A stretch of DNA of 64,000 nucleotides from Octopus sinensis (taxonomy: Eukaryota): positions 37,758,001-37,822,000 of the forward strand of contig NC_043003.1 in assembly GCF_006345805.1 (NCBI RefSeq). Direction: 5' to 3'. A model generated the notes under the pieces. That model was not told the origin of the DNA. It ran no database searches and saw only the letters and a list, made by a program, of their open reading frames with translations. Position numbers and translations under genes: made by a program. Below are positions 48,481 to 61,990 of the stretch, piece after piece. How positions within the stretch are numbered: position 1 is the stretch's first letter; every line of letters begins with the position of its first letter.

Positions 48481-49859
48481 ACTATATACCTTCATTATCA
48501 TAATTTTTGAATGTCCATCTGTCATGTTGGCATGGGTTGAATAGTTTAACAAGACCCAAGAAGCTCAAGGTCCATATCATGCCCCAATTTATGCTTTGGT
48601 ATAGTTTCTATGTCTGGATGCCCTTCCTAATGCCATCAGTATACAAGGCATTAATGAGGTTGCCATGTAGCTTGCAAAACTAAAATCTCCTTCAGCTGTG
48701 TCGGACTATAGTACAGAGAGAGCAACTTTATGCAAGGTGATTACAGATAAAATTATGAAAGAAGTTATAACAGGTATTTTGGCTGTAGATGAGATACATG
48801 GCTACTAGCACTGTACAAGAGTGGGTGGGATTAATCAGTATGGTGTTGGAAAGAGAAATAATGATGGTTGTGATAAAGAGTTAGCACAGGCCCCGAGGAT
48901 GAAAGAACACACACAATGGGGTAGGCGTGCATGTATGTATGTTGTTGTAAATCCATGTGATTGAGTTATGTCCTTTATATGAGAAAGGTAAAACCTAGCC
49001 ATTTGATAAATAGAGATTCATAAAATGATATATGTTTTGAACCTGGCATGATCAACTAAAAGCTTTTGAAAAGTAGAAAAGAATAAAAGAGTATGTCTGA
49101 CCTTTGACAAGTATTCTATTAAACCATACTTCTTAGCTCAATTAATAAAATAGTTAACATTGATAAATCATGTCTTAGATGTTTGCCAAGTCAAGCACTT
49201 AATCCTTTACAAAATCAATAGATAAACTTCAAAAGTTACAACTTATAATGTTCAAGAAAGAATAAAAATACTTGAATAAGGAATAAACATTATCTATTCT
49301 TTACGTGATTTCGCTAGAGGGAGAATGGCAACAGCCATGACCTTTTCCAAAGCTTTTGTGACTGGTGAGAAAAAAAGGAACTTCTTAAATGGAGGACTGA
49401 TCTGATTCTTGGACACAGTGTATACCACTAAAAAATTTAAGGGCCAGGTGATACATTTAAAGTATACAACCAAAATAATAGAATACCTGTATTCTTTCAC
49501 ACAGTTTCTACCATCCAAATTTCATTCAAAGGCATTGGTTGACACAAGGCTGTGGTAGAAGGCACTTTCCCAAAGTGCTGAGCTGTGGATGTGAACCTAT
49601 TACCCAGTTGTTGCAAACTTCTTAACCACAAAGCCATGCCTACAACTTTGTTGTTCATCAAAAATATTTTAAACATAAACCAAATAAAATAACAGGATTG
49701 AGGCAGTTTATTTGCAAAAGAAAACCCCCAAGAAATACCTCCAGTTGGATATTAAGGATTGAGTGTACCACATTAAAATTATTTTCTCCTGCCAGCCATC
49801 AACAGAATCAATCTCTGATAATTGAAGAAAACCAGTCATGCAGAGAGCAAACCTTACTT

Positions 49860-50190
49860 TAAATAGTCTTGGGTAAAGGGTAAAGACCTCCTTTGGTCAT
49901 GAATGACAATAGGATTGCACATAGGAACTTTCCCTCCAAGGCACAAGTCTGGTCAAGATTGTTTATGAAAGACTAACAATTACCCATGCATACCAGCCTC
50001 CCCTCTCCATGCCACCGATGTTATCCAAGGGAAAGGCAAAGGCCAATACAGCTTGGCACCAGTGATGTCACAACTCATTTCTACAGCTGAGTGAACTGGA
50101 GCAACATGAATAAAGTGTCTTGCTCAAGAACACAACACCCAGTGCAGTTCAGGAATTGAACTCACTACCTCATTATTGTGAGCCTGATGC
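49860..50190 (-). mobile_element. Family C SINE, antisense
   Basis: Reverse complement of the 34340-34890 host element. Confidence 0.7.
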
Positions 50191-50244
50191 TGGACCATAT
50201 GTTGACAAGGAAACAGTATCAGATACCACATCTATTATTGTTAT

Positions 50245-50640
50245 TTGTTTTAATCATTATACTGCAGCCATGCTGGGACATTGCCTTGAAGAATTTTTAG
50301 GTGAATGAATTGACCTGAGTATCTTTTTTTAAAGCCTGGTGCTTATTCTATAGATCTCTATTTGCCAAACTGCTAAGTTACAGGGATGTAAATACACCAA
50401 CACTGATTGTCAAGTGGTGGTGGGACGGACACACACACATACACGTGCATACAACAGGCTTCTTTCAGTTTCTGTGTACCAAATTTACTCACAGGCTTAG
50501 TAAAAGACACTCGCCCAAGGCTATAGTAAAGGACACTTGCCCAAGGCTATAGTAAAATACACTTGCATCAAGGTGCCACACAGTGGAATTGAAGCTGGAG
50601 TTATGCGGTTGGGAAGCAAGCTTCTTACCACACGGCCAGA
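50245..50640 (-). mobile_element. Family A SINE with internal ~26-bp tandem duplication
   Basis: gacacttgcccaaggctatagtaaa repeated at about 50505-50570. Confidence 0.8.
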
Positions 50641-51242
50641 TATGCGCCTAACAGATTTTACTTTAAAAACTTATCTGCCAGCCAATGTTTTCCTCCAGTA
50701 GTTGAACAGAAGAATGTTCTGGTAAACTGTACACTAAGGAAAAAAATATCATTAGCAATTCTATGAATGGAATTCAGTTGGGTATTGTGAAATGCTGCTA
50801 TATGTCATTAAATATTCAAAACTACAGAACCAAAGTGAATAACAAAATAAAGTTCACAGAAATGACAGACACCACCACATGATAACAATACTAAGATGAG
50901 ACAGGGGAGCATCTACTTGTTCAATCAGACAGCTAGAAATAGCAGCTAAATCTCCCTTAACATTTTATCTACCATGGAAGTCACTGGTGATTCTCCATGC
51001 TATATTCTTATTATGGTCCAAAATGTGTCATAATTGGTAGACAAAGTGTTAAAACACGCCTTATCATCTTAGAAATGGGAGGACATGTTGGTTAATATAG
51101 TTCAAGATATGCTATGTTTGAAATGTAAACAGGATTATTACTGAATGCCATTGACATTTGCTCAAACAGAGCTGACCTGGAGCTGTACAACAACAATACG
51201 AAAATTATTTTTCAAAACAAAAAAAGAAAAAAACTATACAAA

Positions 51243-51410
51243 GGTGCAGACATGACTGTGTGGTAAGAAGCTTATTTCCCAACCACATAATTCCAGGTTC
51301 AGTCCCACTGTGTGCCACCTTAGGCAAGTGTCTTCTACTATAACCTTGGGTCAACCAAAGCCTTGTAAGTGGATTTGGTAGACGGAAACTGAAAGAAGCC
51401 CATCGTATAT
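51243..51410 (+). mobile_element. Family A SINE 5' half, sense
   Basis: aggtgcagacatgactgtgtggtaagaagc...ggttcagtcccactg...gaaagaagcccatcg. Confidence 0.8.
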
Positions 51411-52979
51411 TATATACAGGGTGCGGCAGAAATACCTAATGTGTTGCTAATGAACTTATGCAAGTGCCAATGATGTTTTCATTTAGCTAATGAACAAAAA
51501 CTGTAACCCTTTGTTTAAACAACAGTAAAATGAAATTATTGTGTATGAATTGTGATAATGAGTTATAAATTACAGAAAAATAAAAACCATACCATGTGGA
51601 ATAAATACTATTCCACTGTTTCTAAATAATTAGAATGACAGATTAGTAGAAGGTTAGAATATTGGATAACGTTTGTATTTTAAATTCAATTCTCATTACA
51701 GTCCACTGTACCCTTCTCCAAAACATGAGAACATCATCATCATCATGCGTGAATATGTGTGTGTATATATACAAACACACATATATATAACACCAGTGTC
51801 ATGTAAATGGCACCTGTTACACTCTCGGAGTGATTGGCCTTAGGAAGGGCATCCAAATCATACTGGAACCTGGTGCAGCCCTCTGGTTTACCAGTTCCAG
51901 TCTAACCATCTAGCCCATGCCAGCACAGAAAGGAGACATCAAATGATGATGATGATACACACACATATTTTAGGACATTTTTCATTCAGTTTCTGTCCAT
52001 TAAATCTTGTTGGAAGGCTTTAGTCGACCTGGGGCTTTAGTAGAAGATAATTGTCCAAGTTACCATACAGTGGGATTGAACCTGAGACCGCTTGGTTGAG
52101 AAGCTTCTTAACCACACAGCCAGGTCTGAGCCAGTAGATATTATTAGTTCAATGCTAGTTGATTTTCTTTGTTTTTTGTTTTTTCAAGTTGTTGACCTAT
52201 ATCACATAATTTTATGGCGCACATAGAAAGCAGAAAGTCGATTCACATAAACTGACACAGTTTAAACTTTTGTAAATTAGAAACATTTCACTCATGTCAC
52301 TAATAACTTTTAGGGATAGTACTAACGTCGTAATATAAAAAAAAGAAAAAAAGTCTTTCCTCTCTTCTAAACTTGACTTTGTGCCAAAGCAAAAAGAAAT
52401 TGGTATTATAACACTCTGAAACAAAGTATTCATTGGACAATGATAACAGCTTCTTTTGATTAAATCAAATGACAAGTTTTCAACAAATGGTTATAGCTCA
52501 TAAGTAAAATTTAGTATATTGCTGGCTCTTATTTTAAACATAAGTAAATTAATTCATAGAATTAAATTACATTTTAAATTATTGTTTTGACATGTTATAT
52601 TATTATTATCATTATATATTATCATTAAGGTAAGAAGCTGGTTAGCAGCAGATGCACCACCAAGGTATTTTCAGTGGGCCTTGTACCATTTAAAAATATT
52701 TTCCAAATTTAACACTTTTCTGGGCCATCAAGCACCTAATGGCTTTTTTAAATTAGTCTTTTTTTGGACAATTTGATTAACTTTTGTTTATATAAGCATT
52801 AGTAGTGATGGAAATAAAGAGATTAGCAAGGATATTTTTGTAAGTAAGATACATAGGAAAATGTGAAAAAAAAAAAGTTCCTTACAAAAGGAACTGGCTG
52901 GTCCCTAGTCTAGACTATTTCTAAACTAAAACCAACCCATAAGGAACAACTGTTAAAATCTCAAATGTTGACACAAGTA

Positions 52980-53385
52980 AAACATGACCTTGTAGGTGGT
53001 GCTCAGTTAGAATTTTCTTCAGGTCAAGTAGTCCACTCTGCTCAAAAGGTCCCTGAATAAGGTTTCTTTAAAGGATAATGAGCAAAACACCCATGTTTCC
53101 AGAGGTGAATTATTCAAACCCCAAAGAATCCCCCTCAACACATGACTGTGATGCTCTCCCACTACTTCTGCTCATAATCACAGATGCACATATCGTCAGC
53201 CACTAAGGGACATGCTCAACTGGTTAAGGTCAAGCAACTGACAAGCAAATCTGTGGTATTGAGCAGAATATTTGCTGTAGCCCATCTTTTATACCAAGAC
53301 AAAACAATGTACATGATAACACTTCCAATCAGTTAAAATCAGAAGCCACGAGAGCCACTGCCTGGTACAGCATCAGGGCATTTAT
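52980..53385. mobile_element. Unclassified interspersed repeat (LINE 3'-like)
   Basis: A second, inverted copy lies at about 24410-24620. Confidence 0.6.
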
Positions 53386-53577
53386 TATTATTATATATTA
53401 CTTTTTATTATATATTACTGCTGAGGTCGACTTCACCATTCATCCTTTCAGGAGTTGATAAATTAAGTACCAGTGAAACACTGGGGTCAGTGTAATCGAC
53501 TGGTCCCCTCCCCACCAAACTGCAGGCTTTGTGCCTATAGTAGAAAGGATTATTATTATTATTATTATTATTATTAT

Positions 53578-53610
<33 letters not shown>

Positions 53611-54023
53611 ACTGGGTAATTCAGTTAACTGAAAGTATCAATTCAGTTAACTGAAAGTATCATTTCAGTCACCTGTTCGGTTGTTTAATTATGGATTAAT
53701 TTAGTTAATTGAAAGTATCTTTTTAATTGTCCATTTGGGTCGTTTTATTTAAAAAGTTTACAGATTTACCCGTGATCCATCCCTGCCTCATTCATGAGTG
53801 TCGTGGAAGAATTCCAACCACCCCCATATAATTAAAATTGGACTGTCACATTTGCTATGAATAAAGAACTGTTGAGTTAACAGTTAATTGGTAAGCAGTT
53901 CACTATGAACTGTGTAACCTCATGTAACAGGAAACCTCATGCATTCTTCTAAATACTTTGTTAAATTATTTATCCAACTTACAAGGATATAAAAGTTACT
54001 TAAAAAGGAAATATACATACACC

Positions 54024-55115
54024 ATGTCTCATGTATTTAACAGTATCCACAGAAGGAAAAAACTTGTAGATGACATGAATTACATATATGAAGTGCAGAA
54101 ACAAAATGCCAAGGGATCTAAGACTTACTGGGAATGCGAAATTAAGCCCTGTAAAGCTCAAGTCTACACTATTACACATGAAGAAGATTATAACAGAATT
54201 AAGCACATTGGTGAACATCATCATAGTTTATGTGCTTTAAAATCTAAAGTTCGCAACCTAAAAGTGAACCTAAAAGCACAAGCAACTGCTTCTCAGGAAT
54301 CTTCTCATTCATTAATTGCGACAGCTTGTGAAAAGCTTGATGAAAATGAAATGGCTCACATGCCCTCCACTGTGTAAGTCGCAATATAAGGAACTGATGT
54401 CAAGCAAAAGTAAATGCCCCTCCAATCTTTCAGGGTCAATTTGGTTAAGAGGTAACCTATGAATACAAGTTCCTTATTAGTGGAGTACCTTTTTTTGCAC
54501 TTCGATAGTGGTGAAACTGATGTAAACAGATTACTTGTGTTTGCAACTGATAAAGCACTTGATGACTTAGTGAATGTCAAACACTGGGCAGGTAATGGAA
54601 CTTTTAAGTGCTCCCCAACTGTATTTTATCAGTTGTACACACATCATAATTCAAGTGGGTTCATTCAGTGTTCCATGATTGCTCGCATTACTTCCAAACA
54701 AAAATCAAGGAGCTTACATCTGCCTTTTAATAAGCTACTTTGAATTATCATACATAGGATGTATGCAAGGTAGAGGAATTAGACAACAAAGAACTTCTTT
54801 GTTTCTAATTGATAGTTCGAACGTCAGCTTTAGAACAGAATCAGTTATGCCTGGCACTAATAACCATTTAGAAGGACATCATAACACACTACAAAGTCCT
54901 TTAACTTGCATACATCCGAATATATGGAAATTAATTACGGCTTTGAAAAGGGGAGAACACTTAGCACAACTGAGAAAGGCTGAATTTGATCGAGGTGAGA
55001 TCTGAGAGACCAAAAAAAAATATAAAGATATAAACAAATGGCTGTAGATAATTGGGCAATATAGTCCCAAAAAAAAAACATAGATATTTTTACAAGCAAT
55101 AGCTCATAATCTTCA
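54024..55115 (+). pseudogene. FLYWCH-domain Mutator-like (MULE) transposase fossil
   Basis: KKLVDDMNYIYE...KTYWECEIKPCKAQV...EHHH (FLYWCH-like), NGTFKCSPTVFYQLYTHH (MULE DGTFK motif), TNNHLEGHHN...HPNIWKLITALK and terminal AIAHNL. Multiple stops and frameshifts; 22-bp subterminal repeats at 53617-53720. Confidence 0.88.
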
Positions 55116-56285
55116 TCATTATTGGAGCTATTAGTAATATTTTTATGTTTTACTGTACTTGTTATTTTATCTTTATTCAATGTTTTATTTTTTTCTAATA
55201 TCAGGAGTGAAATTAACAGGAGTCAAATTACCAGTCACCCACCTGCACCCATATCAATGCTTTTTATAGGACACCTTGATTTTAGAATCTCAATTCTGTT
55301 GTGTGGGCAGGTATTCTTGTACACAGCAGTGCCCAACTTACACACACACATATATAACAATGTTCTTTTAGTTTCCATCTACCAAATCCACTCATGAGGT
55401 TTTGGTCTGCCCGAGGCTATGGTAGAAGAAACTTGCCCAAGATGACATGCAGTGGGACTGAACCCAGAACCATGTGGTTGGGAAGGAAGCTTCTTATCAC
55501 TGATTTCCCACCCTCTTTTTTCTAAAGAAAAATCTACACAATGGTCACTACAACATATGGAAACATTAACTAAGTCTGGAAAGTTTAAATATACAGAATG
55601 ACAGAAAAAAAATTAACAACTAATGAGAATATAAATGAAAGTTAATGAGCAAAGAATACAAAACAAACAAATAAAAATTAAACATTCTCACAACTATTAA
55701 GTACTTTTGTAGTTTCTAACTTCATATATAATAAAATATCAAAACCAGCTTAAATAAAAAGAAAAAGAGAAGTACTAAATGTTCTCAGCATGGATAACAG
55801 GACACAAATAAATCAAAAACCAGTTTCTCATGTGAAACAGAAACAAAAGTGACAACAGCCATTTAAAACTAATGAAATATATCGTATATGATTAAATCAC
55901 AATGACTTCTTTATTTGCCACAAGGGCCGGCCATGGATGGAAAGACATTGCAAGAACAAATTACAAGGGGTTTTCACAGAATTGATAAAGAAAAAACAGA
56001 CATGGTAAACAACAACACGCAAAAATAAGATGTCCTAATTATACAAACATCTATCAAAGATGTCCTAATTATACAAACATCTATCTGTGAGACCAAAAAA
56101 AAGTATAAAGATATAAACAAATGGCTGTAGATAATTGAGCAATATAGTCCTGAAAATAACATGGAATACCATAGTAAAGGAATGCCATGGGCCTAGGACT
56201 ATCCTCATTATAAAGTATAGGCATCCCTTCTTGAAAGGCTGTGTTGACATACATGAGAGCTATCACCATGATGTGTTAGCTAGAC

Positions 56286-56536
56286 CAGTGTTTCACAACT
56301 ATTTTTTTGTCTATGGACCCCTTTGATTCCTATTATATTCTACTGGACCTCCATAGCCATTCAATGTATATATAAAAATCCTATTATATTTTCATAATTA
56401 ATTATTAGGTATTGTATCAAAAATTTATTAAAATAGTTTGTGTATTGTAGAAGTCTAACCAAGTCATTGCAGTAAACTTTAACAAAATTGTATGTGGACT
56501 CCCAAAGGCCATAGGGACCCTGGTTGAGAACCACTG
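56286..56536. mobile_element. hAT-type MITE
   Basis: TIRs CAGTGTTTCACAAC / GTTGAGAACCACTG and a decayed 8-bp TSD (agctagac / tattagac). Family fragments also at about 6965-7050 and 59010-59100. Confidence 0.8.
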
Positions 56537-59104
56537 TATTAGACAAACAGAAAGCAAGGTGGTTGGTACAGAACTTAAGGAACATTAAGTAGGAACACTC
56601 ATTAACAAAGACATGTCAGTAGGCTTGCAGCTTGGCCCCCTGAAGAGGCAAATCCATTTCAGTTAGTGTAGTAGGTTGCTGATTAAATACTCCTGTTTGA
56701 GTTCTGGATTGGGCCAAACTTTCAAGTGGACAGGAAATAAGATGAATTTACTGGCATCTGGAATGTTTTTAGGCACTCGCAGTTCTCCAGCAATCAGAGG
56801 ATACCCAGTGGACAAGAGTGACAAACAGACCCAGCTACCTGCTGAGTCCATCTCAAGGATCACCCCCTTTGGCTGGGAAGTCAGGAAGGTTTCTCCAGTG
56901 GGAGGCTCTAATGAAAGGCACTGTATGGTGGACAAGACTGAAAGACTAAGGACAGACACTTTCCTCTTCAGTAGAGCCTTCATCAATTGAAGTTCCACTT
57001 AAGTCAGAAAAGTGAGGATGGAAAGAGAGAGAGGTATTGTCCTCCACTAAATTTGTTAAAAGCTCAAGGATAATAATGAGAACTGCCCATCTGAATGGAC
57101 CTCCTCTCAACATGTTTCTGTAAGTCAGAGAATATAGTAGGGAAATTTATGATATAAGCTCAAAGCCGCAAATTTTGAAACTGAAACTGAATTAATTGAA
57201 TTCTTCTCAGTACTTGACTGTTACTTATTTTATTAGTTGTGGAAGAATGAAAGACAAAATCAGTTCTTACAATAGTGATACTAATTTCTTACTTGGGTAC
57301 TGAGCCAAAAATTTTCAGGAAGGGCATAGTTGGTTAGATTGATTTCAGTTCTACCTAAATCTAAAAGGATGACAGGAAAAATCAAACGTCAGCAGGGTTT
57401 GAACTCAGAATCTATAGAGATGCAATCAAAAACTGTAAAACACTGTCAGATGCTTTACCAATGTTTTATCCAATACCCTGGCAATATTATTGATAAGGGC
57501 TGACAGAATCATTAGCATGGAAAACAAAATGTTTGGTAGCATTTCATCTGTCTTAACATTTTGAGTTCAAATTCCGCTGAGGTCAACTTTGCCTTTCATC
57601 CTTTTGGGGGCCAATAAAATAAATACCAGTTGAGTGCTGGAGTCAAAGTAATCAATGTGTACTTTCCTCTGAAATTGCTGGCCTTGTGCCAAAATTTCAA
57701 ACCAATATTATAAATAGGAGTGGTTGGCTTTAGGAAGGGCATCCAACCATAGAAAACCATGCCAAATCAGACTGGAAACTGGTGCAGCCTTCCAGCATGC
57801 TAGCTCAGTCAAACAATCCAACCCATGCCAGCATGGCCAATAGACGTAAAAAAAAAAGAAAAAAAAAGAACACCCAGCATAATTACAGAAAATTTTATAT
57901 TCTACTTTATTCCAACAGACATACCACCTTTAGGAGGCTAATGTTTCAGTGCTACATACAAAGCACTCAGAACACTGTAAAGTGGTTGGCATTAAGAAAG
58001 GCATCCAGTCATAGAAACCATGTCAAAGCAGACAAATGGAGCCTGGTGCATCTCTCTAGCTTGCCAGCTTCTGTCAAACCATCCAACCCATGCCAGCATG
58101 AAAGACAGATGCTAAATAATTATGATGATTTTTATGATGATGATAACAATGATATCTTCTATAACTAATTTATTTTAAATCTTGAGGAGACTTCAAGGAA
58201 ATTTCCATTTTAGTTTGCCTTTATCTTTGATTTCAGCCATTGTAGCCATATTATGTGCATGTCTCAAAATGGAATCTGAGCAACAACACATGGCTCTCAC
58301 ATTCCTCTCTCTCAATTGCTATCTCTGATTTGAACATTTCACAACAATCATTGTACATTTAGTAGCTGCTATTCATTTCCTGCCATTGGTATTTCCTTAT
58401 TTATTTCCTTTCAATTCCTTTCAATTATACTCTAATATATGGACATAGAACAGACACAGTATTAATCTTATGTTCATGAAGTGTTATTCCAGTGCTACTC
58501 TTTTAACTGGTCGTGACATGTCAGAAACCTTTAACACTTAAAAGTAATATAGAATTACAATAACAACACCAATAATATGAACTAAGCACATTTGAACAAA
58601 GTGTTGATATGTTTATAGATCGCATATGAAGGAGGATTTTTTTTTTTAAATGTTAAGAAACCAATCCTTTTATATTTTTCACATACATTTTATATCCACA
58701 TCAATGCTTTTCTTTAGAGGTTTTCACTGCTCAATGTTGTGCAAGCAATGAATAAATTGAATTCAACAGTAATAGCAATAATGATGACCTCACGCAGGCA
58801 TAAAATCACAAATGTTGGAGGAAGGATTAACTGGATTTGCACTTATTGACATCAGAAGGATAACAGGAAAAGTTGAGACGTCCAGGATTTGGATTCAGAA
58901 TGTAACAAGATATAGTATTCCTGAGGAGGTCTAATAAGACCAAAACCTAGCAATTGCTTTCACTAATTAGCTGTAAAATCCTGATTCACTCTAGTCTGTA
59001 ATGTCTATCTTTGATTCTCAACCAACCAAGGTCCATATGATTTCATTGTTAAAATTGGTCTGCAATAAATTGGTTACACTTCTACAATACTTCAAATATA
59101 TTTT

Positions 59105-59520
59105 ATCTGTTATCTTTTACTTGTTTCAGTCATTAGACTGTGGTCATGCTGGGGCACTGCCTGGAGTTTTTAACTGAATGAGTGAATCAACTCCAGTACT
59201 TCTTTTTTGAGCTTGGCACTTATTCTATCAGTCTCTTTGTCAAACTGCTAGGTTATGGGGATGCAAACACACCAACACCAGTTGTCAAGCAGTGACAGGG
59301 AGACAAACAGATACAAAGACACACACACGCACACATAGATATATATTCACATATATACGACCGGCTTCTTTCAGTTTCTGTCTATCAAATTCACTCACAA
59401 GATTTTGGTCAGCCTGAGGCTATAGTAGAAGACACTTGCCCAAGGTGCCACACAGTGGGACTGAACCTGGAACCATGTGGTTGGGAAGCAAGCTTCTTAC
59501 CACACAGCCATACCTGCACC
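59105..59520 (-). mobile_element. Family A SINE, near full length
   Basis: Canonical tail, body and head. Confidence 0.85.
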
Positions 59521-60155
59521 TAATTTTAACAATTCTTTATACAATTCCTAATATCATTGAATTATAAAAATATGTTTTTTAAACATCAAATGGCAAGAAG
59601 AGCCCATCGAAGTAAAATAAGAATCAAAGGGTAAAAAAATATCATAGGTAAAAAAAAAATGGTTAAGAAACACTGGTCTACATTATCTAAGAATTTTGAT
59701 TGGCTAGCATTACTGGAGTTAACCTGCTTAAGAGTTTTTGTCTACTATTTGCTTAGCAGACTTTTTTGATACTTTAACTAATTTTATTACAATTTCAGAT
59801 CCTACTATATAACTTGATTGTCATCAGTATTAACTTGTGTCTGAGTAGTTAATGCACAGCAAGCGATTGTGCCTCTTCATCTTGATAGGTACTGAGGGTT
59901 CCAGTGCCTGAGGTGACTGTTCAGGCTAAGGGTGATGTAGAAGAGCTGGGGGAATAAATCGCAGGGGAGGGATGATGGGAGTAGAAGAAGTGAAAGTCAT
60001 TCTTTGCATCTAGTTACTGCAAGGCATTTTGTTCAATGATTTCTCTACTGCTAACAGTCACCCTAATAATAATAATTTCTGATTTAGGAATAAGGCCAGC
60101 AATTTTGAAGGGAAGGGTTAGTTGATTATAATGCCAGTACTTAATTGATACTTAG

Positions 60156-60388
60156 CCCATTACTGCCCCAAATAAAAAATTTGGGGATTTTTTTTGTTAC
60201 AATCACATGATTCTTGCACAATGTATAAATGATCAAAGTATGTCTTTGATGCCATATATTGCTAGATAAACTATTATTCTTTATTTTCAGAAAGGTTTTT
60301 GATGCCTAAATTTATGAAATTATTTTATATTAATATTTTCGTCTGAAACAAAAAGTGTGTGATAAATCATATGCTGGGCATTAATGGG
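60156..60388. mobile_element. piggyBac-type MITE inserted in a family B SINE
   Basis: ttag|CCCATTACTGCCC...GGGCATTAATGGG|ttaa; SINE sequence resumes on both sides. Confidence 0.6.
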
Positions 60389-60738
60389 TTAATTTCATAG
60401 ACTCTAAAAGGATGAAAGGCAAAGTTGACCTTGGTAGGATTCGAATTCAGAATATAAATACTGCATGGTATTTTTTCAATGCTCTAATAAGTTTGCCAAC
60501 CCACCATCATCAACATCATCATCAAATTAATGTCTATTTTTCCATGCTTGCATGAGTTAGATTTGTTGAAACAGACACTTCTACTGTTGGATGCCCGTCC
60601 TATCACCAACACTCACCTGTTTCTAAGCTGAAGGATGTTTCCCCATGGCTAGACATGTTTGCACAGAACACTGGAAGTGAATGAAATGGCTTGTGTGACA
60701 GTGACTTTCATTTACAACTATTGCATGATTTTAAGACA

Positions 60739-60782
<44 letters not shown>

Positions 60783-61059
60783 TACACACATTTATATATA
60801 TGAAAAGCTTCTTCGAGTTTCTACCTACCAAATCCACTCACAAGGCTTTGGTCAACCTGAGGCTACAGTAGAAGACCCTTGCCCAAGATGCCACGCAGTG
60901 AAACTGAACTTATCAAACAGGTAGTCATGTTGGGTATACTGTGCTTCGTATATTTTACTCCAGTGTCACTTTGATGGCATGCACTTCTCTCTCACTCAAT
61001 AATAATAATAATTATTATTATAACAATAATAATAATATTTAGAATGTATGATGCATGTG

Positions 61060-61958
61060 TGTGAATATCCATGCTATACAGCAGTGAAGCATGGGCTGTG
61101 ACTGCTGAGGACATGTGTAGCTTGAAAGAAATGAACCTAGTATGCTCCACTGGATGGGTAATGTCAGTAAGCGCCCTGAGAGAAAAGTTGGACATAAGAA
61201 GCATCAGATGTGTTGTGCTAGTGAGACGATTGCGTTGGTATAGTCATGTGCTGTGTATGGATGAGGACAGCTATGTGAAGAAATGTCACACCCTCACACT
61301 GGAAGGAACCTGTGGAAGAGGTAAAGCCAGGAAGACATGGGATGAGATGGTGAAGCACAACTTTTGTACATTGGGCCACAGAGAGGCAATGACAAGTGAC
61401 CGAGACCCTTGGAGATATGGTGTGTTTGAGAAGACCTGGTAAGTCAAGTGAGATTGTAGCCATGGCCGATGACAGTTTTGCATAACTGACCCATTATAAG
61501 TATTCTTCAATCGTCAGGCAATATGCTGTGCTTGAGAAGACCTGTTGAGTCAAGTGAAATCACAGTCATGGCCAATGCCAGTGCCGCTTGACAGACAAGT
61601 AAAAAGCACCATTCAAGCATGACCGATGCTAGTGCCGCCTAACTTGCTCCTGTGCTGGTGGCACATAAAAAGCACCATTCAAATGAGGCCAATGCCAGTA
61701 CTACCTGACTGGCTCCTGTGCTGGTAGCACATAGAAAGCACCATTCAAGTGTGGTCAATGCCAGTGCCGCCTGGCTGACCCCTTGTGCCTGCGGCATGTA
61801 AAAAGCACCCACTACATTCTCAGAGTGGTTGGCATTAGGAAGGGCATCCAGCTGTAGAAACTTTGCCAGATTAGATTGGGGCCTGGTGCAGCCTCCTGGC
61901 TTGCCAATCCTCTGTCAAACCCTCCAACCCATGCCAGCATGGAAAGCAGACATTAAAC

Positions 61959-61987
<29 letters not shown>
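61060..61987 (+). mobile_element. RTE LINE 3' portion (ORF2 C-terminus, tandem-repeat UTR, (GAT)n tail)
   Basis: ORF 61071-61442 has MLYSSEAWAV, RRLRWYSHVLCMDEDSYVKKC, GTCGRGKARKTWDE and MTSDRDPWR; the 3' UTR matches 8805-9151. Confidence 0.92.
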
Positions 61988-61990
<3 letters not shown>

